From Gammaproteobacteria bacterium (GTDB taxonomy: Bacteria > Pseudomonadota > Gammaproteobacteria > GCA-002705445 > GCA-002716945), in NCBI GenBank assembly GCA_047611265.1, contig JBLFWM010000001.1:82155-146154 (forward strand): a stretch of 64,000 nucleotides of DNA, read 5' to 3'. The notes under the pieces were generated by a model. The model was not told the origin of the DNA and searched no databases. It saw only the letters and a list, made by a program, of their open reading frames with translations. Shown piece after piece: positions 17,250-27,362 of the stretch; position 1 is the stretch's first letter; the number at the start of each line of letters is the position of its first letter. A program made the translations under genes and the position numbers.

Positions 17250-17614
17250 TCATATTTAATATATTTAAATCTTGGGTCGTCAGGAGTGCCTTCCAAGGTA
17301 TTATCTTCTGAGGCTGGGTTCCAATGAACGACAGCTTCAATTTTTTCTGCTAATAAAAAATCTTTGTCAGTTATCCCTTTGGCTGCATGATTTTGAAGTT
17401 TTACAATTACAAAAGCATATGATGCAGAGAGATCAGGGTGATGCCAGGCAGCTTCAGCAAGGTGTCCGATTGTGTTTATAACCATGAGCGTGCCCTTCCA
17501 GCCACTTGTTTTGTACTTTCTTCTTATCCAGCCATTTTCGTAATACCAGTTTGGTAACTTACTTTCCAGATACTTTTCTATCTCTTCAAGACTATATACT
17601 TTCTCATTTGACAC
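17246..17614 (-). CDS. pterin-4a-carbinolamine dehydratase family protein (PcbD-like, common in H4MPT gene islands)
   Basis: AEAAWHHPDL, HAAKGITDKDF; GTG start with AGGAG RBS. Confidence 0.8.
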   Translation of the reverse strand: MSNEKVYSLEEIEKYLESKLPNWYYENGWIRRKYKTSGWKGTLMVINTIGHLAEAAWHHPDLSASYAFVIVKLQNHAAKGITDKDFLLAEKIEAVVHWNPASEDNTLEGTPDDPRFKYIKYD

Positions 17615-17725
17615 TTTAAATCTCCTGCTCTTTTTTAACCATATAAATACACGGCTTGATTAGTCATATAAAGAACTTATAATGACATAAGCTAGATGAA
17701 TAACTATCCTCAGGATACCATATAA

Positions 17726-19402
17726 ATGGATATAAAAAGAAAACTTCAAAAAAATAAGAAACTCAGGAATAGAGGTAGGCAAGTCAACTTTGAAGTTAGG
17801 GATAAGTTGGTTAAGCTGTTAGGAGTTTCAAACTATCGCCGTGATCATCTAATTGAATATCTCCATGTTATCCAAGATAGCCAAGGTCATATCAATGAAG
17901 AATTTATGACTGCCTTGGCAAATTTATTAAAAATATCACAAACAGAAGTTTATGAGGTAGCAACCTTCTATCATCATTTTGATATCATAAAGGGCGATGA
18001 AAAAATTCCTCCAAGTTTAACCGTGAGAGTTTGCGACTCAGTAACATGCGAAATAAATGGTGCTAATGAGTTAGCTCAAAATTTAGATGATTATTTCAAA
18101 GGTACGGTAAGAATACAAAAGGTTCCATGTATTGGACGATGTCAATCTGCTCCTGTAGCAGTAGTGAAATTTAATCCTGTCGATAATGCAAATCTTAAAA
18201 ATGTAAAACAAGCTGTTGACGCAAAAGAATATAATCCATCTATACCCAAATACATCAACATGGAAGAATACATAAATGATGGTGGATATAAATTACTTAA
18301 TAAACTAAAAAATAATGAAGTTGATGGCGACAAAATTTTAACAGAACTTGAAAACTCTAATTTACGAGGCCTTGGCGGCGCTGGTTTTCCAGCTGGGAAA
18401 AAATGGCGTATTTTAAAAGACCAACCCTCTCCAAGATTACTAGCTATCAACATTGATGAGGGAGAGCCAGGCACATTTAAAGATAGGTTTTATCTTGAGA
18501 CGGATCCGCATAGATTTTTTGAAGGCATGTTGATTGCATCAGAAGTTGTGGGCATAGATAAAATATATATTTACTTAAGAGATGAGTATGCTGCAGTCAG
18601 AATTTTAATGGCAAAAGAGTTGAGTAAGTTAAGGGATAAATTTAAAGACAAGATTCCTGAAATTGAACTTAGAAGAGGAGCTGGTGCGTATATATGTGGC
18701 GAAGAATCAGCAATGATAGAGTCGATAGAAGGAAAGAAAGGTATGCCAAGATTAAGACCTCCCTTTGTTGCTCAAGTTGGATTATTTGGAAGACCTACAC
18801 TGGAACATAATATGGAAACTTTGTACTGGGTTAGGGATGTCGCAGAAAAAGGTGCAGACTGGTTTACATCATTTGGTCGCAATGGAAGAAAAGGTTTTAG
18901 ATCTTTTTCTGTTAGCGGTAGAGTTAAAAACCCTGGCGTTCATTTAGCCCCAGCAGGCATTACAGTTAAAGAACTCATTAAGGAGTATGCTGGTGGCATG
19001 CTCGATGGACATGAGTTTTATGCATATTTCCCAGGTGGCGCATCTGGCGGTATTCTTCCAGCAAGCATGGGCGATATACCTCTTGATTTTGATACACTAA
19101 ATGAATATGACTGTTTCATAGGTTCCGCTGCAATCATGGTACTTTCTAGTCATGATAAAGTTATGCGAGCAGCATCTAATACTATGAGTTTTTTCGAACA
19201 TGAGTCATGTGGGAAATGCACACCTTGTAGAGTTGGGACTTCAAAAGCTACTAAATTGATGGAGGAAGATAAATGGAATATTCCATTATTAAATGACTTA
19301 GCAATAGTGATGTCTGACGCATCTATTTGTGGTTTAGGTCAAGCTGCATCAAATCCTCTAAAATCTGTGATAAAATATTTCCCAGAGGAGTTAGAAAAAT
19401 GA
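17726..19402 (+). CDS. NAD-dependent formate dehydrogenase beta (diaphorase) subunit, NuoE/NuoF-like fusion
   Basis: GRQV...HLIEYLHVIQD, VATFY, CDSVTC/CIGRC, LRGLGGAGFP, DEGEPGTFKD, GAGAYICGEE, ESCGKCTPCR, CGLG. Confidence 0.88.
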   Translation: MDIKRKLQKNKKLRNRGRQVNFEVRDKLVKLLGVSNYRRDHLIEYLHVIQDSQGHINEEFMTALANLLKISQTEVYEVATFYHHFDIIKGDEKIPPSLTVRVCDSVTCEINGANELAQNLDDYFKGTVRIQKVPCIGRCQSAPVAVVKFNPVDNANLKNVKQAVDAKEYNPSIPKYINMEEYINDGGYKLLNKLKNNEVDGDKILTELENSNLRGLGGAGFPAGKKWRILKDQPSPRLLAINIDEGEPGTFKDRFYLETDPHRFFEGMLIASEVVGIDKIYIYLRDEYAAVRILMAKELSKLRDKFKDKIPEIELRRGAGAYICGEESAMIESIEGKKGMPRLRPPFVAQVGLFGRPTLEHNMETLYWVRDVAEKGADWFTSFGRNGRKGFRSFSVSGRVKNPGVHLAPAGITVKELIKEYAGGMLDGHEFYAYFPGGASGGILPASMGDIPLDFDTLNEYDCFIGSAAIMVLSSHDKVMRAASNTMSFFEHESCGKCTPCRVGTSKATKLMEEDKWNIPLLNDLAIVMSDASICGLGQAASNPLKSVIKYFPEELEK

Positions 19403-22158
19403 GTGCCAATCCTGAGGATATAAACCAAGATCGATTAGTTTCATTAAAAATTAATGGTCAAATATATTTTGCCAATCCTGATGAAACTATTCTAGAAGTA
19501 TCAAAGCGTAATAGTATAGAGATACCTCATTTATGTTACAAGGAAGGGATGAGGCCAGATGGAAACTGTCGCGTTTGTATGGTTGAGATTGAAGGAGAAC
19601 GTGTCCTTCAGCCATCTTGTGTTAGAACAGTAACTGACGGGATGATTATAAATACTTCAACTGAAAGAGTAACTCATTCACAGAAATTAGTCCTAGAATT
19701 ACTTACCTCTGATGTATCAGAAGAAGTGTATACCCAGGATAATGAATTAACTACCTGGGCAAATAAACTACAAATACAAACTCATAGATTTCCATCTAAT
19801 ATTCAAGACAAACTTGATACAAGTCATCCAGCTATAACAGTAAATCTAGGTGCATGTATACAGTGTACTCGATGCGTACGCGCCTGTAGAGAAGAACAAG
19901 TAAATGATGTTATTGGTTATGCTCATAGAGGGATTAAATCAGAAATTGTATTTGATATAAATGACCCTATGGGTGAAAGCACATGTGTTGGTTGCGGGGA
20001 ATGTGTTCAAGCATGCCCAACTGGTGCTTTAATGCCATCAAAGGAAGTGGGGCTAACTATACCGGATAAAAAAGTAGAAAGTGTATGTCCATATTGCGGT
20101 GTAGGTTGCTTACTAACTTACAATGTTAAAGATAATAAAATTTTATATACAGAAGGAAGAGATGGTCCCTCAAACTTAAGCAGGCTTTGTGTGAAAGGTA
20201 GATACGGTTTTGATTATATCAATAATGAGGGAAGATTAACTAAACCTCTTATAAGAAAAAAAGGGGTTTCGAAAGACATAGATGTTAGTTCTTTTGATTT
20301 TAATAATATCTCTGATATTTTTGAGGAAACAACATGGGAAATAGCTTTAGAAAAAGCAACCAATGGGTTCAATCAAATAAAGTCAAATATTGGTCCTAAT
20401 GCCTTGGCAGGTTTTGGGTGTGCGAAAGGATCAAATGAAGAGGCATACTTATTTCAAAAACTTATAAGAACAGGTTTTAATACAAATAACGTTGATCATT
20501 GCACTAGGCTTTGCCATGCTTCGTCGGTTGTAGCACTACTAGAAATGATAGGTTCCGGAGCAGTATCTAATCAAGTTGCAGATGTAACTGAAGCCGAGGT
20601 TATTATGGTTATAGGGTCAAATCCTACAGTAAATCATCCTGTTGCCGCTACCTTTATGAAAAATGCTACAAAAGAAGGAAAAGTTTTAATTGTTTTAGAT
20701 CCAAAAGAAATTGAAATTGCTAGACATGCAAATCATCATCTTCAATTTAAACCTGACACTGATGTTGCTTTAATAAATGCAATAATGAAGTCCATCATTG
20801 ATCAAGATCTAGTAGATAATAAGTTTGTAAAAGAAAGAACCAAGGACTTTGAAAAATTAAAATCTCATTTAAAAGATTTTAGCCCAAAAAAAATGTCGGC
20901 TATATGCGGTATTACTGAAGAAAAAATAAATGAGATAGCAAAAATATATGCGGCCTCCTCTGCTTCAATTATATTTTGGGGAATGGGTGTATCTCAACAT
21001 ATACATGGAACAGACAATGCTCGAGCATTAATATCTCTATCATTAATGACTGGACAAATAGGTAGACCAGGAACAGGTTTACATCCTTTAAGAGGACAAA
21101 ATAATGTACAAGGAGCATCTGATGCTGGCTTGATTCCTATGGTGTTTCCAGATTATCAAAGAGTTGATGATCCCAAGGTAAATAAATTTTTTGAAAATTT
21201 TTGGGGCGCTAAACTAGATAAAAACCCAGGCCTCACTGTTGTTGAGATTATGGATAAGGTCATAGAAAAAAAACTTACAGGTCTATATGTCATGGGGGAA
21301 AATCCAGCAATGTCTGACCCTGATTTAAATCATGCAAGAAAAGCTTTATCAGCATTGGATCATATGGTGGTGCAGGATATATTTTTAACTGAAACAGCAT
21401 TGTTTGCAGATATAATTCTACCAGCATCCGCTTTTCCAGAAAAAACTGGTACATTTACAAATACAGATCGAAGAGTTCAGCTAGGTAGACAAGCGGTAAA
21501 TTCTCCTGGAGAATCAAAACAAGATTTATGGATTATCCAAAGTATTGCGCATGGCATGGGTTTAAAATGGGATTACTCCGGCCCCAAAGATGTGTTTGAA
21601 GAAATGAGAAAATGTATGCCAAGTATTTCTGGAATTAGCTGGGAAAGGCTTGAGAAAGAGCACTCCGTTACATACCCTTGTTCTTCTAGCGAAGATCCTG
21701 GTCAGCCAATTATATTTACAGAAAATTTTCCAACTCAAGATGGGTTAGCTCAATTTATACCATCCCCTTTCATTAATGCCGACGAGCTTCCAGACGATGA
21801 ATACCAACATATTTTAATAACTGGCCGACAACTAGAGCATTGGCATACAGGCTCAATGACTAGAAGAGCAAGTATGCTTAGTGAGATAGAGCCAGATCCA
21901 ATCTCAAATCTATGTTTAGCAGATATGAATAAGCTTGGCGTTATAGAAGGCGACTTAATTACAGTGGAATCCCGAAGAGGCAAAATAGATGTATATGTCA
22001 GAAGAGATGATGGTCTTCAGCAAGGACAAATATTTATTCCATTCTGTTATGTAGAGTCAGCAGCTAACCTCCTTACTAATGCCGCTTTAGATCCTGATGC
22101 AAAAATACCTGAGTTTAAATTTTGTGCTGTAAAAATTCAAAAATATAATTTGAATTAA
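19399..22158 (+). CDS. formate dehydrogenase alpha subunit (Mo/W-bis-PGD, Cys ligand)
   Basis: N-terminal Fe-S domains, CPYCGVGC, VDHCTRLCHASS, PLRGQNNVQG, HWHTGSMT, PEFK; start moved to ATG 19399 (ATGA overlap, GAGGAG RBS). Confidence 0.92.
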   Translation: MSANPEDINQDRLVSLKINGQIYFANPDETILEVSKRNSIEIPHLCYKEGMRPDGNCRVCMVEIEGERVLQPSCVRTVTDGMIINTSTERVTHSQKLVLELLTSDVSEEVYTQDNELTTWANKLQIQTHRFPSNIQDKLDTSHPAITVNLGACIQCTRCVRACREEQVNDVIGYAHRGIKSEIVFDINDPMGESTCVGCGECVQACPTGALMPSKEVGLTIPDKKVESVCPYCGVGCLLTYNVKDNKILYTEGRDGPSNLSRLCVKGRYGFDYINNEGRLTKPLIRKKGVSKDIDVSSFDFNNISDIFEETTWEIALEKATNGFNQIKSNIGPNALAGFGCAKGSNEEAYLFQKLIRTGFNTNNVDHCTRLCHASSVVALLEMIGSGAVSNQVADVTEAEVIMVIGSNPTVNHPVAATFMKNATKEGKVLIVLDPKEIEIARHANHHLQFKPDTDVALINAIMKSIIDQDLVDNKFVKERTKDFEKLKSHLKDFSPKKMSAICGITEEKINEIAKIYAASSASIIFWGMGVSQHIHGTDNARALISLSLMTGQIGRPGTGLHPLRGQNNVQGASDAGLIPMVFPDYQRVDDPKVNKFFENFWGAKLDKNPGLTVVEIMDKVIEKKLTGLYVMGENPAMSDPDLNHARKALSALDHMVVQDIFLTETALFADIILPASAFPEKTGTFTNTDRRVQLGRQAVNSPGESKQDLWIIQSIAHGMGLKWDYSGPKDVFEEMRKCMPSISGISWERLEKEHSVTYPCSSSEDPGQPIIFTENFPTQDGLAQFIPSPFINADELPDDEYQHILITGRQLEHWHTGSMTRRASMLSEIEPDPISNLCLADMNKLGVIEGDLITVESRRGKIDVYVRRDDGLQQGQIFIPFCYVESAANLLTNAALDPDAKIPEFKFCAVKIQKYNLN

Positions 22159-22161
22159 ATT

Positions 22162-23889
22162 ATGTCAATTAAAAAACCACTTGAAGACTATATAGGTAAT
22201 ATAAAAGAGTTTCTTCATAAAGGTGATTTTTCAAATGCTTTAAGTATTATAAATAATGCGCTAACTGACTATCCAAGTAATCCCAAGTTATATATTAATG
22301 GTGGTAATATATACAAAATAAATGGTGACCTAAAGAATGCTGAAATCTATTTTAAAAAAGCCCTGATACTTCATAAATCAAAAGAAGTTTTAAATAATTT
22401 ATCTGTCATTGAATTAGAAAGATATAATTATCAACAATCAATTGATTATGCAATGGATGCAATTAAACTTGACCCTAGTTATTCAGATGCATACTACAAT
22501 TTAGCCTTATCATTGGAAAGAATTGGTGACTATAGCCAGGCAATAAACTATGCAGATAAATCATATAAGTTAAGTAAAAACATAAAATATTTAGTTCTAT
22601 TATATAGAGTTCTACAAAATACCTGCGATTGGGAAGGAATGAATTCTATCTTAAGTGATCTAGATGCAAATATTGGTAGTGGGATTGAGCATCCCTTCTT
22701 AAATATATCAAGAACAGATGATGAGGCTATAAATTTTATTGTAGCTAAATCTTGGGCAGAAAATAATATCTTAAAAACTCCAATGAAAGTTGATATAAAT
22801 AATAATGAAAAGAACAATAAGATTAGACTTGGATATATATGTGGCGAACTTAGAAATCATCCAACATACCATTTAATTAAAAACTTATTTAAGAATCATA
22901 ATAAAGAAGACTTCGAAATTTATATATTCTCTTATAATCATGAAAATGATATTCAAAATGAAATACAGAAAGATGTGGATCAATTTATAAGCATTGATGG
23001 GACTAGCGATAAAGATGCTATTGAAATAATATCAAAATTGAATATAGATATACTGATAGATCTCTCCATTATTATTACTAATAATCGTCAAAAAATTATA
23101 AGTTCTAGACCAGCAAAAAAGGTAATATCATATCTGGGTTATCCCGGAACATCAGGATATGATTTTTATGATTATATAATTACAGATAAAATAGTGACTC
23201 CAGAAAATATACAGCCATATTATTTAGAAAAATTTCTTTATTTGCCAAATACGTATCAAGTAAGTAATGGTATAAAAAATATACCAATGAAAGGTAATTT
23301 AAAATCTGATTATGGATTACCTAATGAATCCGTAGTTCTTTCCTGTTTTAATCAGTCATTTAAAATTGATAAAATTATCTTTGAATCCTGGATGAATATA
23401 TTGAAAAATTTGTCTTCAGCATATTTATGGATATTGGAAGACAATGAGGTGGCAAAAGAAAATTTAACTGAATGCGCTAAATTACATGGTATATCCTCAG
23501 ATAGATTAATCTTTGCTCCGCGTATAGATCGAGATAGACACCTAGAAAGACTTACTCTTGTTGATGTTGCCCTTGATACCAGAATATACAATGGTCATAC
23601 AACAACTACTGATGCCTTGCAGTCTTCAGTGCCTGTGGTAACAATTATGGGTAAACATTTTGCATCTCGCGTTAGTTCCAGCCTATTATCGTTAATAGGC
23701 CTCGATGAGCTTATTGCTCATAACACCCAAGAGTATGAAGAGAAAATAATAAAATTATGTTCAGAAAAAAATTATCTAAAAAAGATAAAAGAAAAGCTTT
23801 CTAATGATGTATGTATGAAAAAATTTTATGATATAAAAGAATTTACATATGAATTTGAATTATGTCTAAAAGGTATTCTCAAGAATTAA
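22162..23889 (+). CDS. TPR-containing GT41 (OGT/SPINDLY-like) protein glycosyltransferase
   Basis: N-terminal TPRs; IRLGYI..LRNHP, YLGYPGTSG, CFNQSFKI, LDTRIYNGHTT. Confidence 0.82.
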   Translation: MSIKKPLEDYIGNIKEFLHKGDFSNALSIINNALTDYPSNPKLYINGGNIYKINGDLKNAEIYFKKALILHKSKEVLNNLSVIELERYNYQQSIDYAMDAIKLDPSYSDAYYNLALSLERIGDYSQAINYADKSYKLSKNIKYLVLLYRVLQNTCDWEGMNSILSDLDANIGSGIEHPFLNISRTDDEAINFIVAKSWAENNILKTPMKVDINNNEKNNKIRLGYICGELRNHPTYHLIKNLFKNHNKEDFEIYIFSYNHENDIQNEIQKDVDQFISIDGTSDKDAIEIISKLNIDILIDLSIIITNNRQKIISSRPAKKVISYLGYPGTSGYDFYDYIITDKIVTPENIQPYYLEKFLYLPNTYQVSNGIKNIPMKGNLKSDYGLPNESVVLSCFNQSFKIDKIIFESWMNILKNLSSAYLWILEDNEVAKENLTECAKLHGISSDRLIFAPRIDRDRHLERLTLVDVALDTRIYNGHTTTTDALQSSVPVVTIMGKHFASRVSSSLLSLIGLDELIAHNTQEYEEKIIKLCSEKNYLKKIKEKLSNDVCMKKFYDIKEFTYEFELCLKGILKN

Positions 23890-24682
23890 TAGTTTTCCAT
23901 GCAACATCAACTGCATCTTGATTTTCATCAATATCATGAACTCTTAAAAATTCAATGCCATTGTATGCGGCTAATGTGGAAACCGCTAAAGATGCAATGC
24001 TCATTTCATCATCTTTTATTTCATTAAAGATTTTGGAAGAAAATCTTTTATTACTGACTCCGATACATACTCTTTTAAAAACAGAAACTAAGCGGCTCAT
24101 ATTTTTTAATATTTTAATATTATCATCGCCAGATTTTCCAAAACTTATACCTGGATCAACAATAATATTTTTTTGTTTAATTCCAGACAAACACGCTTGT
24201 TTTATTAAATTACTAAAATAATCTTCTATATGCTTTAAAATATCATCACACTTAATGTTGGTGTTTATTAAATGTTCCTTTGGCATATGAGTCAAAATAA
24301 TATCTGCATTATGTTTAGAGACAACATTAAACATATTCTTATCATTGCTTCCCCCAGAAACATCATTAACAATAGTTGCCCCTTCTCTCAAAGCTGCTTC
24401 AGCTACAATACTTGATCTTGTATCAATACTAATTTTTATATTATCCTTAATTTTTTTTATCTCGCTTATGACTGGTAATATCCGAGTTAATTGCTTATCC
24501 ACAGATACTTCCTTAAAACCAGACCTAGTTGACTCTGCTCCTATATCTATAATCCGACATCCATTTGATATCATAGATTTTATATGGTTTATAGACTCGG
24601 TTAGTTTGATATATTTTCCTCCATCTGAAAAACTATCCTCTGTTATATTCAATATTCCAATTATTTTTGTTTTATTTTTCAT
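23879..24682 (-). CDS. folP: dihydropteroate synthase
   Basis: GILNITEDSFSDGG, IDIGAESTR, ISIDT, NDVSG, DPGISFGK, SNKRF, LRVHD. Confidence 0.88.
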   Translation of the reverse strand: MKNKTKIIGILNITEDSFSDGGKYIKLTESINHIKSMISNGCRIIDIGAESTRSGFKEVSVDKQLTRILPVISEIKKIKDNIKISIDTRSSIVAEAALREGATIVNDVSGGSNDKNMFNVVSKHNADIILTHMPKEHLINTNIKCDDILKHIEDYFSNLIKQACLSGIKQKNIIVDPGISFGKSGDDNIKILKNMSRLVSVFKRVCIGVSNKRFSSKIFNEIKDDEMSIASLAVSTLAAYNGIEFLRVHDIDENQDAVDVAWKTINS

Positions 24683-25604
24683 TTGAATAATCTACAGAGT
24701 ATGTTTGAATATTTTCTTTTACATCAATAGCCATCAAATCATATGCCATTTCAACCTGATAATCTTTATTGACAGAGCTAAGTACTTTATTATGTATTTC
24801 AGATATGGATATGCCTCCTAGGGCTAAAATATGAGTAAGTATTGTAAATTTTGGATTTACCGCATTTATTACCTTAGCCATCTCAGAAGGAGTAGTATGG
24901 TAGTTCATTAACCCCTGAACTCTTGCATTATTATTTATAACTTTTAATGGGGCATCAGCAATTTCATGAATAAGTAAGTCACAATTTTTTGCATATTTAA
25001 TTAAATTATCAGAATAATTAGTATCACCAGATATAACTACTACCTTTTTATTGTAAATAATTTTATATCCAAAGGCATGTTCAACTCCGCCACCATGATC
25101 AACTCTAAAAGCAATTACCTCTACCCCATTTTTTTTATATACCAAGCCTTCTTCAATCTCGGCTGTTGGAGTAGATAACCCTTCTAATGTATGATTTTCT
25201 GGTGCAACTGTTCTAATTTTAATATCTTCAAAAAATGCTAATTTAATATTCTTAACAAAATCCTTTGTGCCAGCTGGACCAAATATTTGAAAATCCTGAC
25301 TGCGTTGATATATCCAGCCTGTCATAATTAAATCTGATAACCCCAAAGTATGATCAGAATGAAGATGAGTTAAAAATACCTTATTTATATCTTTGATATT
25401 TATTCCAGCTTGACTCAGTCTAATAGTCGCTCCTCTGCCAGCATCAAATAATAATTTTTCATCTCCAGCTTCCACCAAGATAGATTGGCTGAACCTATTA
25501 ATATCTGGTCTAGGTGTTCCTGACCCAAGTATGGTAACCCTCATTACATCTGCAAATATTGGTGATGCAAACATCAGTAATATTGGAATTAAAAAGAATC
25601 TCAT
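24672..25604 (-). CDS. exported MBL-fold metallohydrolase (RNase Z/arylsulfatase-like)
   Basis: Signal peptide, LGSGTP, THLHSDH, ISGDT, LLIHE, YHTT, LTH. Confidence 0.75.
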   Translation of the reverse strand: MRFFLIPILLMFASPIFADVMRVTILGSGTPRPDINRFSQSILVEAGDEKLLFDAGRGATIRLSQAGINIKDINKVFLTHLHSDHTLGLSDLIMTGWIYQRSQDFQIFGPAGTKDFVKNIKLAFFEDIKIRTVAPENHTLEGLSTPTAEIEEGLVYKKNGVEVIAFRVDHGGGVEHAFGYKIIYNKKVVVISGDTNYSDNLIKYAKNCDLLIHEIADAPLKVINNNARVQGLMNYHTTPSEMAKVINAVNPKFTILTHILALGGISISEIHNKVLSSVNKDYQVEMAYDLMAIDVKENIQTYSVDYSNEK

Positions 25605-25642
25605 CGTTTAACCTTTGGTTTTGTAATATAATCTAACAGATT

Positions 25643-26512
25643 ATGACTATCAATAAAACAAAAAGGCCAGACATTACAAAATCTGCTAGACCTAAAACTC
25701 AAATAATAGATGTTCGAGATGAATATAATCAAATCAAAAGTTTTCCAGTAACTGGAGAACTACCTCTGACAATTTATGTCAATAAAAAAGAAATTGTCAC
25801 TCTTATGACTCTAGGTCACTATCCAGAATCTCTTGTAATTGGATATTTGAGAAATCAAGGATTTATTTCATCACTATATGATCTAGACTCAGTTCAAGTT
25901 GACTGGGATACAAATTCTGCTGCGGTTAAAACAGTTTCTGATATAAATGATTTTGATAATAAGCTGACGCATAAAGTAGTGACTTCAGGGTGTGGGCAAG
26001 GGACTACATTTGGCGGAGTATGGGATGATCTTAAGAATAAAAACCTTATATCAAAAAAACTTAAACAATCTTCTATATATAAAATTTTAAAATTATTACA
26101 TGAAAAAAATGAAATTTATCGTCTTTCTGGAGCAGTTCATGGTTGCGCTATATGTGATAAAAATCAGATAATTGATTTTGTAGAAGATGTTGGCAGACAT
26201 AACGCTGTTGATGCCATTGCAGGAAATATGTGGCTTAACGAAATAAATAGTGATGATAAGATATTTTATACAACCGGAAGACTAACGTCTGAAATGGTTA
26301 TAAAGGTTGCTCAAATGGATATATCCTACCTAATTTCTAGATCAGGTATTACTGAGATGGGATTAAACATTGCTAAAGAAACCGGAGTTACATTAATAGG
26401 TAGAGCAAAAGGTAGACACTTTCTTGCTTATCATGGATCTGAAAATATTGATTTTGACGCAATACCAGAAGCTAGACCAGAAAACTCATCTGATATATGG
26501 AAAAGACGATAA
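25643..26512 (+). CDS. fdhD: formate dehydrogenase accessory sulfurtransferase
   Basis: ELPLTIYV, TSGCG, GAVHGC, EDVGRHNAVD, TTGRLTSEMVIK. Confidence 0.9.
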   Translation: MTINKTKRPDITKSARPKTQIIDVRDEYNQIKSFPVTGELPLTIYVNKKEIVTLMTLGHYPESLVIGYLRNQGFISSLYDLDSVQVDWDTNSAAVKTVSDINDFDNKLTHKVVTSGCGQGTTFGGVWDDLKNKNLISKKLKQSSIYKILKLLHEKNEIYRLSGAVHGCAICDKNQIIDFVEDVGRHNAVDAIAGNMWLNEINSDDKIFYTTGRLTSEMVIKVAQMDISYLISRSGITEMGLNIAKETGVTLIGRAKGRHFLAYHGSENIDFDAIPEARPENSSDIWKRR

Positions 26513-26514
26513 TC

Positions 26515-27282
26515 CTAATTTAACTTATTAATTACTTTCCCAATACCATTAAGACTAACTTGAATTAGATCGCCGTGTTCCATCGGACCAAGTCCGGCAT
26601 TAGTTCCGCATGCAATTATATCACCTGGATATAAACTCATATCTTTAGATAGGAAACTTACAATCTCATAAACATTAAAAAACATATCGCTAGTATTATA
26701 ATCCTGGACAACTTTATCGTTAAGTTTTGACTGAATTTGTATGTTCATAGGATCTATTTCAGTTTCTATACCAGGTCCAAAAATACCAAATGTATCGAAG
26801 CTTTTTGACCTAGTCCATTGGTCAAAACTTGGGTCTTTTTTTACTATATCCATCCCAGTAACATCATTTATACATGTATAGCCAAAAATATAGTTCTTAG
26901 TTGCATCAGCTTCTATATCCTTGCAATGTTTTCCAATTACAATACCAAGCTCGCCTTCATAAAAAATTGCTTCACCATAAGACTTAGGTCTAACTATATC
27001 TTTGCCAGGCTCTAAAATACAAGATATTGCTTTATTTAAATATAGTGGGTTATTGGGTTTAGATAAGCCTTTCTCATCAGCGAGAGTCTTATAATTATTC
27101 CATAAAGCTATCATTTTCGATGGATTACATGGATTTATCAATTCAACTTCATCTAAATTAATGCGCTTGCCGGTATTAGAAGGATTACTGAACATGTCGC
27201 CTTCGTAACACTCTATTTCCTTATCATTTAATATCCCTGTATGTATTGCGTCTTTATGTTTAAATTTAATCCAGTGAGCCAT
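26515..27282 (-). CDS. fumarylacetoacetate hydrolase family protein
   Basis: YEGELGIVIG, GYTCINDVT, KSFDTF, LYPGDII.CGT. Confidence 0.88.
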   Translation of the reverse strand: MAHWIKFKHKDAIHTGILNDKEIECYEGDMFSNPSNTGKRINLDEVELINPCNPSKMIALWNNYKTLADEKGLSKPNNPLYLNKAISCILEPGKDIVRPKSYGEAIFYEGELGIVIGKHCKDIEADATKNYIFGYTCINDVTGMDIVKKDPSFDQWTRSKSFDTFGIFGPGIETEIDPMNIQIQSKLNDKVVQDYNTSDMFFNVYEIVSFLSKDMSLYPGDIIACGTNAGLGPMEHGDLIQVSLNGIGKVINKLN

Positions 27283-27362
27283 TGTATTAATTAATTCCTA
27301 ATTTAGTTAAAATATAACTACAATATAATATGTAATTCAGGCTATATTCTAAACTAGAAACA

